Positions 1 through 9,221 of a stretch of DNA of 64,000 nt are shown here, piece after piece. The translations under genes and the position numbers were made by a program. The stretch is from Bacillota bacterium (GTDB taxonomy: Bacteria; Bacillota; Sulfobacillia; JAJZYS01; JAJYTV01). Every line of letters begins with the position of its first letter. Position 1 is the stretch's first letter. The notes under the pieces were generated by a model. It was given only the letters and a program-made list of their open reading frames with translations. It was not told the origin of the DNA and did no database searches. The stretch lies in assembly GCA_021793315.1 (NCBI GenBank), contig JAJYSZ010000002.1, positions 14,823-78,822 on the forward strand, in the 5' to 3' direction.

Positions 1-692
1 AGCCATCCCCGCTGCGGATCGAGAAAGTCGATCGCGCTTTGGTAGGGCTGGCCGGGACACGGCGAAGGCAGCGCGGAGAATGTTGCGCCGCCATCATGGG
101 TCACAAGGATCTCCGCCGTTCCTGGCGCGCCTTCGGTCGTGCGGACCGCCGCGATGTAGCCGGTCTGCGGGGTCGGGAAGCTCAGGCTGGCGGTTGCAAC
201 GCCGTCAAGCGTCCAGATCGTGCGGGGAATGGCAGAGCTCTCCGAGAGGAGTTGCAGCTGGGTCGTGCAACCAGCGAGGCAGTTGTTTTCAAGGAAGTAC
301 GCGTGCTCGGGGTCCGGCGCCGAGACGGCCGCGATCCGGAGCGGGGCCGCGAAGACCTCGCGGAAGTGCCTGCCGCCGTCCGAGGTGTACATGCCGTAAG
401 TGGCCTCGGCGGCTGGACCTGAGGTGGCCCAAGCCCAGCCGACGCTGCTTGTCGCCATCGTTGCCCCGCGCAAGGCAAAGATCTGCGGCGGGGTTTGCCC
501 GCCAAGGAACGCCGCCGCGAGTGTCCGAGTGACGCGCAGAACCTTCGGCGGCGACGGCCGCCGGGCAGCGGTGTGCCCCGTTACCTGCGCTCTGTGGGGA
601 TTTGCCCCGCATCCTGCCGCCGCCAGGGCGAAAACGAGAACCGATGCGAGAGCGCTCGGATGCAGGGACGGCCCAGCGCTGCGGCGAGTCAT
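1..692 (-). CDS. Secreted lipoprotein, 5' part of the gene only (continues past the window start). It has a signal peptide with an LAAAGC lipobox-like motif and BNR/Ycf48-like beta-propeller repeats.
   Basis: Reverse-strand translation from the ATG at 692 reads MTRRSAGPSLHPSALASVLVFALAAAGCGANPH...ILVTHDGGATFSALP... with no stop before position 1. A GGAAG ribosome-binding site lies 8 nt upstream of the ATG on the minus strand. The ORF track did not list it because it runs off the window. Confidence 0.55.
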   Translation of the reverse strand, partial: MTRRSAGPSLHPSALASVLVFALAAAGCGANPHRAQVTGHTAARRPSPPKVLRVTRTLAAAFLGGQTPPQIFALRGATMATSSVGWAWATSGPAAEATYGMYTSDGGRHFREVFAAPLRIAAVSAPDPEHAYFLENNCLAGCTTQLQLLSESSAIPRTIWTLDGVATASLSFPTPQTGYIAAVRTTEGAPGTAEILVTHDGGATFSALPSPCPGQPYQSAIDFLDPQRGW

Positions 693-961
693 GTGACGCA
701 CTTCCTGTCTGCCTCAGATGCCAGGGATGGGCGGGCACAATCGGGGATGGTTTCTTCCTCCGCATGGAAGGTCCTGTCACCAGGCGCGAACCTGCGGAGG
801 GTGCCGTGCGGAAGGCGCCTCGCTCTTTGCCCTCAGGGAGGCGATTGCCTGGGGCCCGGCGAAGCTGTCCCGCACCCTGCAACACCGTGCCAGACCGCCC
901 CAAGGCCGTCGGCGCGGGGCCCAGAACCCGAAGCTTCCGCCCTAAAGGAAAGGTGCTTTCA

Positions 962-1831
962 TTGCGCATCGCGCTCTGCCAGATGGATCTCGTCAAGGGG
1001 AACGTCGAGGAGAACCGGCGCCGCACGGCCGCCTGGATCGAACGCGCGGCGGACGAAGGTGCGGAACTCGTCCTCCTGCCCGAGCTCGTCACCACCGGCT
1101 ATACCCTCGGCGAAAGGTTCCAGGAGCTCGCCGAGGAGATTCCGGGCGAAACGAGCCGGCTCTGGTCCGCCCTCGCACACGAGCACGGCATCCACATCAT
1201 CGGCGGCCTGCCGCGCGTCGCCCCATCTGGCCTTATCTACAACTCGGCGCTCTTCGTCGGTCCCGAGGGCATCGTCGGCGTCTACGACAAGGCCGTCACG
1301 CCGCTCTACCTCCACGGCAACGACCTTGGCGAGGGCGTCTGCGAGGAGGCCGAGATCTTCCGGCGCGGCGACGCCATGCCCGTCTTCTCGACGCCGATCG
1401 GACGCATCGGCATCCTGATCTGCCAGGACGCCGTCTACGGCGAGTTCGTCCGGGCCCAGGCCCTGCAGGGTGCGGACCTCTGTGCGCAGATCAGCAACTC
1501 CCCACGCATCAAGACAAAGCATGAGGACGACATCACGCCGCTCACGACGCGCGTGCACGCCTTCGACACCGGCACCGCGATCGCGTTCTGCAACCGCGGC
1601 GGCGAGGAGGCCTATACCTTCCGCGGCGAGCAGGCGGTATCCCGTTTCGGAGTCGCGTCGCATGTCTGCGACGCGGACGGGAACTTCATCGCCTTGGCCG
1701 AGGAGGGCGGCAAGGAGGAACTCCTCCTCGCGGATCTGGACCTCGCGGCATCGCGCCAGTCGCGCTGGCGGCAGAAGTTCCACCGCGACTGGCGACCGGA
1801 GCTCCTCTCTCCCCTCGTGCGCCTGCCATAG
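962..1831 (+). CDS. Carbon-nitrogen hydrolase (nitrilase/amidase superfamily)
   Basis: Translation LRIALCQMDLVKGNVEENRRRTAAWIERAADEGAELVLLPELVTTGY...GILICQDAVY matches CN-hydrolase family motifs. A likely TTG start at 962 follows AAAGGAAAGG by 8 nt. The upstream M at 602 gives an implausible Arg/Pro-rich leader. Confidence 0.8.
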   Translation: MRIALCQMDLVKGNVEENRRRTAAWIERAADEGAELVLLPELVTTGYTLGERFQELAEEIPGETSRLWSALAHEHGIHIIGGLPRVAPSGLIYNSALFVGPEGIVGVYDKAVTPLYLHGNDLGEGVCEEAEIFRRGDAMPVFSTPIGRIGILICQDAVYGEFVRAQALQGADLCAQISNSPRIKTKHEDDITPLTTRVHAFDTGTAIAFCNRGGEEAYTFRGEQAVSRFGVASHVCDADGNFIALAEEGGKEELLLADLDLAASRQSRWRQKFHRDWRPELLSPLVRLP

Positions 1832-1884
1832 GCTGAAGGAGACCCTCGGAGCTTCCCGCCGGTCTCTGGCCCGTCCCACCCCGA

Positions 1885-2550
1885 GTGGTGCACGTAGACA
1901 AAGGAGTGCGGCAGCCCACGAACGCCAACGTCCAGGCCCTGCGCCTGCCACCCCTGCGCTTCTGGATCTCGTCGCTCTGCCTCGCGATGGAACTGCGCTT
2001 CCTCGAGAAGGCCTCGAGCATCAGTTCGGGCGGTGCGTCCGGCGTGTCGCTCGCGCTCTATCACTGGACCGGCCTGCCGCTCGGCTTGTGGACCTTCGTC
2101 GTGAAGATCCTGATTCTCGTGCTCGTCTGGCGGGTGCAGGGAAACCGCCAGCTGCTCTGGACCGTCGTATCGGCGACCATGAGCTCCATCCTCATTTACC
2201 TCGCGGAGCTGGTGCCGTTCCATCCCCTGCCGCTCCTCGTGGCGTTCCCGATGATCCTGCTCTTCTCGTACCTGCCGTCGGCGCTCCTGCTCTCCTGCGG
2301 CTACTCGTCAGGGGGCTTCTCCTCGATCGCCCTGATCCTCGAGAAGAAGGGCGTCCCGACCGCCCTGACCTTCTCGGCCCTGAACGCCATCTCGCTCGTC
2401 TTGATGTTCCTCGCGTACGGCAAGATCTCCGGCGCCCTTTCGCTCGCGGCCATGCTCTTTGCAGGAGCGTCGAACTGGATCTGGCTGACCCTCTTCCGCA
2501 GGTACCTGCCGCAGATCCCGCCGGCACCGGTGCGGGGCGCGGCGGCCTGA
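1885..2550 (+). CDS. YitT/DUF161-like integral membrane protein. The start is uncertain; an alternative ATG at 1987 is possible.
   Basis: The translation is hydrophobic and carries two SSGG..G motifs (SSGGASGVSLAL, SSGGFSSIALIL) typical of DUF161. No convincing Shine-Dalgarno site is seen for either start. Confidence 0.55.
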   Translation: MVHVDKGVRQPTNANVQALRLPPLRFWISSLCLAMELRFLEKASSISSGGASGVSLALYHWTGLPLGLWTFVVKILILVLVWRVQGNRQLLWTVVSATMSSILIYLAELVPFHPLPLLVAFPMILLFSYLPSALLLSCGYSSGGFSSIALILEKKGVPTALTFSALNAISLVLMFLAYGKISGALSLAAMLFAGASNWIWLTLFRRYLPQIPPAPVRGAAA

Positions 2551-2577
2551 AGGGACCCTCGGCGGTGTCTCTCCTCT

Positions 2578-3261
2578 TTAGAGAAGTGCGTCGATGGGCT
2601 CTGCGGAAGGTCTGGCCTCGCGATATGCGCGCAGCACCAGCACGATGATCCCAGCCGCGAGCAGGATAGCGACCACCTCGTAGGCCACGAAGGCGCCGAA
2701 CATGAGCATAAGCACCCGGTCCGCGGTGAGGTTCAAGGTGAGCAGCAGGGCAGCCAGGACGGCGGCGAGCGCCAGGCGATGGCGGTCGCGGCCGAGGGCC
2801 AGCGCCAGCGAGACCGAGTAGGCCATGAGCATGCTGAGCAGGACGAACGGTACGCCCAGCAACACTTCCTCGAGCGTCACAAGATGGATCTGCATGCCGC
2901 TGACCGCGAACGACATGAGTCTCGCGAGGGCGAAGCCGCTGCCCGCCGCACTTCCGGCATGGCCGGCGTCCAGAGGCGTCGCGCGCCAGAGGATGAGGAG
3001 CGCGTTCAGCGCGACCGTGGGGATCGCGACCACGAGGCCAAGCCCGAGGCCTTCGGGCACGGTGAGCGGGCCGCCTGGCAGGCGAAGTCCGAGCCAGACC
3101 TCGAGCAGGGTCGCGACGCCCATCGCTGCGAAGCCGAGCAGGAGTCCGAGCAGGACGGTCACGGGCTGGTGTTCGGCGCCGAGGGACCGCTGCACGACGA
3201 AGTAGCAGGCCAAAAGGAGAAGGATTCCGAGCGGCAGTTCAGCTGCGGTCAACGGCAGCAA
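2578..3261 (-). CDS. Hypothetical polytopic membrane protein
   Basis: 227-aa ORF with about six hydrophobic segments. The opposite-strand ORF 2779..3330 is charge-rich and reads like antisense noise. Confidence 0.55.
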   Translation of the reverse strand: MLPLTAAELPLGILLLLACYFVVQRSLGAEHQPVTVLLGLLLGFAAMGVATLLEVWLGLRLPGGPLTVPEGLGLGLVVAIPTVALNALLILWRATPLDAGHAGSAAGSGFALARLMSFAVSGMQIHLVTLEEVLLGVPFVLLSMLMAYSVSLALALGRDRHRLALAAVLAALLLTLNLTADRVLMLMFGAFVAYEVVAILLAAGIIVLVLRAYREARPSAEPIDALL

Positions 3262-3326
3262 GCGCAGGCCCCCTCACCAGAAACTGGTGAGGGGGTTCCT
3301 CGCGGGCGGCGCATGTCCCTGCCCCT

Positions 3327-4631
3327 CTAGTTGCCTGCCGCTCCCGGGTACCAGGCGAACGTCTGGCTGTAGGACCTGAAGCCGTAGTAGTCCATGACCT
3401 GCCCCGTGGGCAGCTTTGCGAGCACCTCAGAGCCGTGACCGGACTGCCAGAGTTTGATCGCGTCCTGCTGCGCGTAGACAAGCGACTTGCCGTCCGGGCT
3501 GAACTGCGGGTAGAACACGTCGCCCTTTGCGACCAAGGTCGGCTGGCTTGCTCCCTTGCCGTCGAAGCCGACGTAGAGCGTGCGCGTGCCTTCCCACTTG
3601 GCGAGGCTGGTCTGCGACGACACCTCGCCCCAGCTGCTGCTGCCGAGGTCCGTCGCCGCGACCCACGCGATGTCGCCCGACGCGGTGCCGGCGGGATCGA
3701 GCGCCACAAGGCTCGCCCCGATCTGCAGGGCGCTGCAGGATCCGCCCGCGGGGTCGCAGCGCTCGAGCTGCTTCTGGGTCCAGGTCTGGCGACCACCACC
3801 CGCCACGAGCACAATGCTCGTCCGGCCGTCGGGCTGCACCCAGGACGGGTAGGGGAGGGTGGTCGCCAGGGTCTGCGGCTGGCCGCCGCCGAGCGATAGG
3901 CTTTCAAGGCCGAGACCATCCGCCGCGAGCGACGCCGAATGCAGAGGATCGACCCAGTAGAGCACGCCCTGCCCATTCGGCCAGTAGCCCTCAATTTCAA
4001 CCCCCGAGAGGTTCGGCGCCGTGACGAGCAGTTGCCCCGGTGCCCTGCCCGAGACCGCGTAGAGCTTGTCGGTGGCGTTCGGGAACTGCTGGGTCGGCGG
4101 CATGACGGTATAGGCGTAGCCTTGGCCGTCCGGCGCCCAGGCGAACGTCGAGACGCTGCCCGTCGGCCGCACCTCGATCTGCAGCGATCCGCCAGGACGC
4201 ACCGTCGCGAGGTCCGCGCCCCAGACGGCCAGCAGGTCCCGCTTCGGGCTCCAGGCGTAGTCCTGCGGCAGGATCGCCTTCCCGGGCCTCAGGAGCTGAA
4301 GCCCCTTGCCGTTCGTTCCGACGATGCCGAGCCGGTACTGGCTCTGAGGCGCCGTCGGCGCTCCGCTCACGAAGGCGATATAGCGCCCGTCGGGCGAGAA
4401 GAGCGGATGGGAGGCCGCGAGCCCCTTGGTCAGCCGGACCCCCGGACTGCCCGGCTTCGTCACAAGGTAGATGTCGCCCTTGCGCACGACGGCGAGTTCC
4501 CATCGCTGGCCAACCTTCGCCTTCGCCGACGGGTCCGGAGCCGGAGACTTCGTGGCGCTCGCTGTGCCGCAGCCCGCGGCACCGAGCAGAAGCAGAACGG
4601 CAGCACCTGCAAGCCAGCGCAGTTTGCGCAT
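3327..4631 (-). CDS. TolB-like beta-propeller lipoprotein
   Basis: Signal peptide plus an LGAAGCG lipobox. Repeated SPDGRYIAF and SPDGKSLVY motifs match PD40/TolB-type repeats. A GAAGGGGGA ribosome-binding site lies 7 nt upstream of the ATG at 4631. Confidence 0.8.
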   Translation of the reverse strand: MRKLRWLAGAAVLLLLGAAGCGTASATKSPAPDPSAKAKVGQRWELAVVRKGDIYLVTKPGSPGVRLTKGLAASHPLFSPDGRYIAFVSGAPTAPQSQYRLGIVGTNGKGLQLLRPGKAILPQDYAWSPKRDLLAVWGADLATVRPGGSLQIEVRPTGSVSTFAWAPDGQGYAYTVMPPTQQFPNATDKLYAVSGRAPGQLLVTAPNLSGVEIEGYWPNGQGVLYWVDPLHSASLAADGLGLESLSLGGGQPQTLATTLPYPSWVQPDGRTSIVLVAGGGRQTWTQKQLERCDPAGGSCSALQIGASLVALDPAGTASGDIAWVAATDLGSSSWGEVSSQTSLAKWEGTRTLYVGFDGKGASQPTLVAKGDVFYPQFSPDGKSLVYAQQDAIKLWQSGHGSEVLAKLPTGQVMDYYGFRSYSQTFAWYPGAAGN

Positions 4632-4821
4632 GGCAATCCCCCTTCGCAGGCCAAGAACCTCTGGCCAGCATGGAGCAAAACCGGCGGGTAGGGCAGTCCC
4701 ACATGCAACCTGCGGCTGCTGTCGTCCTTCTCCGGGCTCCTCAGCATCTGCTCTCTAGAACGCTGCGGCACGCCGCGCGGTTTCGCGCTGCCTGTGGCGG
4801 TCGGTTGCGGCGGGGCAGAGG

Positions 4822-5121
4822 TCAGCGCAGGGCCGCCAACAAGGCCTCCAGGCTTGGCGCGCCCTCAAAGACCCCCTCGACCAAATAGAGGCGACAGGAC
4901 CAGACGGGACCGTCATCTTCCTGCGGGAAGAGGTCCCGGCCAGCCACCAGGATGGTCGGTGAGCCGTGCATGCCGGCCGCTTCCGCCTCGGCGGGATCGC
5001 GCACCAGATGGAGCCGCACCGATACATCCGCTCTGCCCAGGGCGGCCAGGGCCTCCAGAAGTCGCGCATGCGCGAGCTGCCAGTTCGGACAGTCTTCGAA
5101 GTAGACCAGTTCGACCTCCAA
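4822..5121 (-). CDS. Small thioredoxin-fold protein (glutaredoxin-like, CPNW motif)
   Basis: 99-aa ORF reading MEVELVYFEDCPNWQLA...GSPTILVAGRDLF. Confidence 0.45.
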   Translation of the reverse strand: MEVELVYFEDCPNWQLAHARLLEALAALGRADVSVRLHLVRDPAEAEAAGMHGSPTILVAGRDLFPQEDDGPVWSCRLYLVEGVFEGAPSLEALLAALR

Positions 5122-5266
5122 GCGACCACCTCACGTCCTCGGTATACCACTCCCGGATGGAACGCGTTCGGTCTTCCATGCGAAGTGCTTGCGACACCGC
5201 CTCGGGCTCCCCGGCATAGGCTGGTATCAGCGTCTTCATCATGCCTTGCCGTGCAGGAGGATGACG

Positions 5267-6118
5267 ATGAGCGACCTGCCACCGGCTGCGTCGGCGCCTG
5301 AGCCTGAGCCGGAAGGATCGGGTTCGAACGCCGCCGCGCCCCCGCCACGCTCGCGCCGCCACCTGCTCTGGATTCTGGCGGCGGTGGCCCTCGTCATCCT
5401 GCTGGCGGGCGGCGGCTTCCATCTCTGGTCGGGTCGGCAGCAGGTCCTGCGGACGGCGGCGACCCACATGCAAAACGCCAGATTCGACGTGGACCGCGGC
5501 GCCTACGCCGAGGCGGAGCAGCAGTTCCGGGCGGTGCCGAAGGACGCTCCGCAGTATCAGACCGCCCAGGAGGACGCGACGCTGGCCGGCGAGTGCTCCG
5601 CCCTCGACCGCTTGGGGCAGGACGTGACGGCCCTGGCGACGTCCTTCGACGGACACATCGGTCAGTTCTGGGACGACTACAACACGGCGGTCGGGTTCAC
5701 GAACAAGTCTTGGCAGAACTTCCCCGACGATCCCGCGGACGCGAGGTCGGCGGAACCGTCGACGTCGGCGCTCTCGAGCGACGCCTCGGACCTGCAGTCG
5801 GACTTCGAACGGCTCGAGGCGCTGGACGGCGCGGCGCAGGAGGAGCCTTATGGCGCGACCGCGCTTGCAAGCGTGGTGGGCCCGTTCCGGGAACTTGCGG
5901 TGGACGCGAACGACATCTCGGTCGGGATGTACGGCGAACAGCAGGATCTCGTGGAGAGTTCGTGGCAGCAGGCGATCTCGGACGGCATCACGGAGAGCAA
6001 CAAGCTGATGCCCAAGGTCGAAGCGGACCAGACCACCGTCGACGGCCTGCTCGCGCAGTTCGTCGCAGCGGAGAGGGGGAAGCTCCAGCAGCTGCTGGAT
6101 GCGATCAGGCACAATTGA
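5267..6118 (+). CDS. Hypothetical protein with one N-terminal membrane anchor
   Basis: A GGAGG ribosome-binding site at 5256-5260 sits 6 nt before the ATG at 5267. A single transmembrane segment (LLWILAAVALVILLAGGGF) is followed by a soluble acidic domain. I recognise no family. Confidence 0.55.
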   Translation: MSDLPPAASAPEPEPEGSGSNAAAPPPRSRRHLLWILAAVALVILLAGGGFHLWSGRQQVLRTAATHMQNARFDVDRGAYAEAEQQFRAVPKDAPQYQTAQEDATLAGECSALDRLGQDVTALATSFDGHIGQFWDDYNTAVGFTNKSWQNFPDDPADARSAEPSTSALSSDASDLQSDFERLEALDGAAQEEPYGATALASVVGPFRELAVDANDISVGMYGEQQDLVESSWQQAISDGITESNKLMPKVEADQTTVDGLLAQFVAAERGKLQQLLDAIRHN

Positions 6119-6406
6119 GCTGGCGTGGCGCGTGGAGGAACCAGGCTGGGCCGCCGCGGCCGGGACGCTTTTCCGCGTCCCTTGACCGGACGGATCGGCA
6201 CCGCAGCTGCAAACGGAGCCGGGTGAGCCCCGGATGCTCAGAAAGGAACGCAGGTGGCCCGCTTCGCCGCGAAAGTGGTAGACAATATGGGATCCGCCGA
6301 AGATAATTCGTATCCGGGAGAGATTTAAATATTATGGCGCGTATGAAATATCCAGCGGATCGTTTCCGCATGCCGCTGTAAGTTGGGGCATTAAGCACAC
6401 CGTTTC

Positions 6407-6422
6407 TGTGATGTGTATCACA
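6407..6422. promoter_or_regulatory. TGTGA-N6-TCACA palindrome (CRP/FNR-like or Rex-like operator) in the lower-GC promoter region of the nuo cluster
   Basis: Sequence tgtgatgtgtatcaca, about 50 nt upstream of the nuoBCD start at 6473. The 6150-6412 stretch is markedly lower in GC than the flanks. Confidence 0.35.
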
Positions 6423-6472
6423 ATAGAGGACTCGACACCCCCATGGTGAACGCTCCCATGGGAGGTGTGTGC

Positions 6473-8748
6473 ATGTCCGTTGATGCGACACCGCGGGATT
6501 TCATCACGACACGACTCGATGCGCTGGCGCGCTGGGCCGAAAGCGGATCCATGTGGCCGCTGCCCTTCGGCACCGCGTGCTGCGCCATCGAGTTCATGGC
6601 TGTCGGCTCCTCCCGCTACGACATCGCGCGCTTCGGTTCGGAAGTGATGCGGTTCAGCCCGCGTCAGTCCGATCTGCTTCTGGTGATGGGTACGATCACC
6701 GACAAGATGGTGCCGATCCTGAAGAACGTCTACGAGCAGATCGCCGATCCCAAATGGGTGATCGCGATGGGCGCGTGCACGGTGTCAGGCGGTTTCTACC
6801 GTTCCTATCACGTCGCCCAGGGGATCGACGAGTTCCTGCCGGTCGACGTGTACATCCCAGGCTGCCCGCCGACGCCGGAAGCCGTGCTGCACGCCGTCAT
6901 GAACCTGCAGCAGGGGATCCGGGACGGCAGCTTCCGGCGCGGCGCGAACCAGCGGCCGCCGCATCCCCGCACGGACGACGCCTCGGTGACGGAGCTGGCG
7001 CCGCCTGACGCCTCCCTCGTCGCCTACTCGACCTCGGCGGCCGAGGTCGACGAGCTGCCGGTCCGGCGGCTACGCGCGGCGGTGGGGCAGGCCGTGCTCG
7101 GCACGCGCGCCTGGCGGGGCGACCTGACGGTGCGCCTCGACCGTGCGGCGCTGCCAGTGGTGGCGCGCCTGCTGCGCGACGACCCGGAACTCAGGTACGA
7201 CATGCTGCTCGACATCTGCGGCGTCGACTATTTGCAGCGCACGCCGCGCTTCGACGTCGTGTACCACCTCTACTCCATCGCGACCGGCCACAGGATCCGG
7301 CTCGAGGTCGCGGTCCCGGAGGACGATCCCACCGTCGGGAGCGTGACAGCGGTCTGGCCTGGCGCGAACTGGTTCGAACGCGAGGCCTACGATCTCTACG
7401 GCATCCGCTTCCTGGGTCACCCGGACCTCAGGCGCATCCTCACGCACGACGGCTTCGGCAACATCCATCCGATGCGCCGGGACTACCCGCCCGGCCTGCG
7501 CCAGCCCTTCTTCCAGGCGGCGACGCTGCCGATCGCGGAGAGGTCCCCGATCGGGGAGACGGACGTCGAGATCGTCCAGCATCCGACCATCCTGAACATC
7601 GGCCCCTCGCACCCCGCGACGCACGGCACCTTCCGCATCGTCGCCCGGATGGACGGCGAGAAGATCCGCGAGGCGGACGTCGAGCTCGGCTACCTGCACC
7701 GCAACTTCGAGAAGATGGCCGAGACCCACACCTACCACAACATGATCCCGTACTGCGACCGGCTCAACTACTGCTCGAGCTTCATGAACAGCTCCGGCTT
7801 CGCCATGGCGGTCGAGAAGCTGATGGGCGTAGAGATCCCCGAGCGCGCGCAGTACCTGCGGGTCATCCTGAGCGAGCTCAGCCGCATCATGGACCACGCC
7901 GTCTGCATCGGCACCAATCTGATGGACATGGGGCTCATCAGCAGCTTCTTCTACCTCTGGAACCTGCGCGAGGAGATCTACGACCTCCTCGAGGAGTGCT
8001 CCGGCGCCCGCATGATGGTCAGCTTCGTGCGCATCGGCGGTTTCGCCGAGGATGTGCCGCAGGACTTCAGGCAGCGCGTCGAGGCGATCCTCGAGCACGT
8101 GCCACCGGTGCTGCGCGACACCGACCGCATGATCACCCACAACGCCCTCGCCCGCGACCGCATGCGGGGCGTCGGGGCCATCTCGCGGGAGGACGCCATC
8201 GCCTACGGCTTCACGGGGCCGTGCCTTCGGGCGAGCGGCGAGCCGTACGACGTGCGCAGGGCCCATCCCTACTACCACTACGACGAGTTCGAGTTCGACA
8301 TCCCCGTAGGCAGCCAGGGCGACGTCTACGATAGGTACCTCGTCCGTCTCGAGGAGATGCGCCAGAGCCTGCGCATCGTTGCCCAGGCCCTCGAGCACCT
8401 GCCCGGGGGCCCCGTGATCGTCGACGACGGCCTCGTCGCCCTGCCGCCCTGCCGCCGAAGCACGGCGTCTACACCAATATCGAGAACCTGATGGACCACT
8501 TCAAGCTGATCATGCACGGCATCCGTCCACAAGTGGGCGAGGTGTACGGCTACAGCGAGGCCGCGAACGGCGAGCTCGGCTTCTACATCGTGAGCGACGG
8601 CGGCGAGCGCCCCTACCGCGTCAAGGTGCGGCCCCCCTCGTTCGCCATCTACCAGGCCTTCCCGCGGATGATCCGGGGCATGAACCCCGCCGACGTGGTG
8701 GCCACGCTTGGCAGCCTCAACATCATCGCGGGCGAAAGCGAGCGATAG
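6473..8748 (+). CDS. nuoBCD: NADH-quinone oxidoreductase subunits B, C and D fused in one gene (NuoBCD). The reading frame is broken near the 3' end by an 8-bp tandem duplication (ctgccgcc ctgccgcc, 8441-8456). The last ~85 codons (8491..8748) continue in another frame.
   Basis: The N-terminal part has the NuoB motifs [16 protein letters not shown]...GCPP. The middle part has the NuoC motif [16 protein letters not shown]. The third part has NuoD motifs ([20 protein letters not shown]...). ORF 8491..8748 translates to [57 protein letters not shown], which is the NuoD C-terminus. Removing one 8-mer copy restores ...[28 protein letters not shown] site lies 7 nt upstream of the ATG at 6473. Confidence 0.85.
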
Positions 8749-8750
8749 CC

Positions 8751-9209
8751 ATGCTGACGGGTGAGGGACTTCGGGAGATTGAGACGACCAGAGCGCAAGA
8801 GGATTCGTCGCGTCACGCGCTCCTCACGGCCCTCAGGGTGGTGCAGCGCGAGCGGCGCAAGGTGGGGCCGGAGGAGATCGTGTACATCGCCGGGCTTCTT
8901 GGCCTCAGCCCCGCAATCGTCGAGGGCGTGGCCCGTTTTTATGACCAGATCACGGACACCCCCACCGGCCTTCACGTCGTGCGTGTCTGCCGTGGCATCA
9001 CCTGCTACCTCAGGCAGAGCGAACGCATCGCCGACGACCTCAAAGGGTTCCTGGGCATCAAGGATGGCGACACGTCGCCCGATGGCAAGTTCTCCGTGCG
9101 CCTGGTCGAGTGCATCGGCGACTGCGACCACGCTCCCGCTGGCATGGTGGACGACCGCTTCGTGGGTCCCTTGGATGAGCAGGCCCTGCACACGATCCGG
9201 GAGATCTGA
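8751..9209 (+). CDS. nuoE: NADH-quinone oxidoreductase subunit E (24 kDa, 2Fe-2S)
   Basis: Contains VCRGITCYL...CIGDCDHAP, the thioredoxin-like 2Fe-2S cysteine pattern. Confidence 0.9.
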   Translation: MLTGEGLREIETTRAQEDSSRHALLTALRVVQRERRKVGPEEIVYIAGLLGLSPAIVEGVARFYDQITDTPTGLHVVRVCRGITCYLRQSERIADDLKGFLGIKDGDTSPDGKFSVRLVECIGDCDHAPAGMVDDRFVGPLDEQALHTIREI

Positions 9210-9221
9210 GGAGGTGGCGGC

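Noticed and set aside
289-1095. 268-aa minus-strand ORF and the overlapping plus-strand ORFs at 39-1418
   Set aside because: The translations are Arg/Pro/Gly/Ala-rich low-complexity with no motifs. They overlap the well-supported minus-strand lipoprotein and the plus-strand CN-hydrolase. They are typical high-GC shadow ORFs.
4913-6112. 399-aa minus-strand ORF
   Set aside because: It is antisense to the 5267..6118 gene and the thioredoxin-like gene, and its translation is Arg-rich with no domain.
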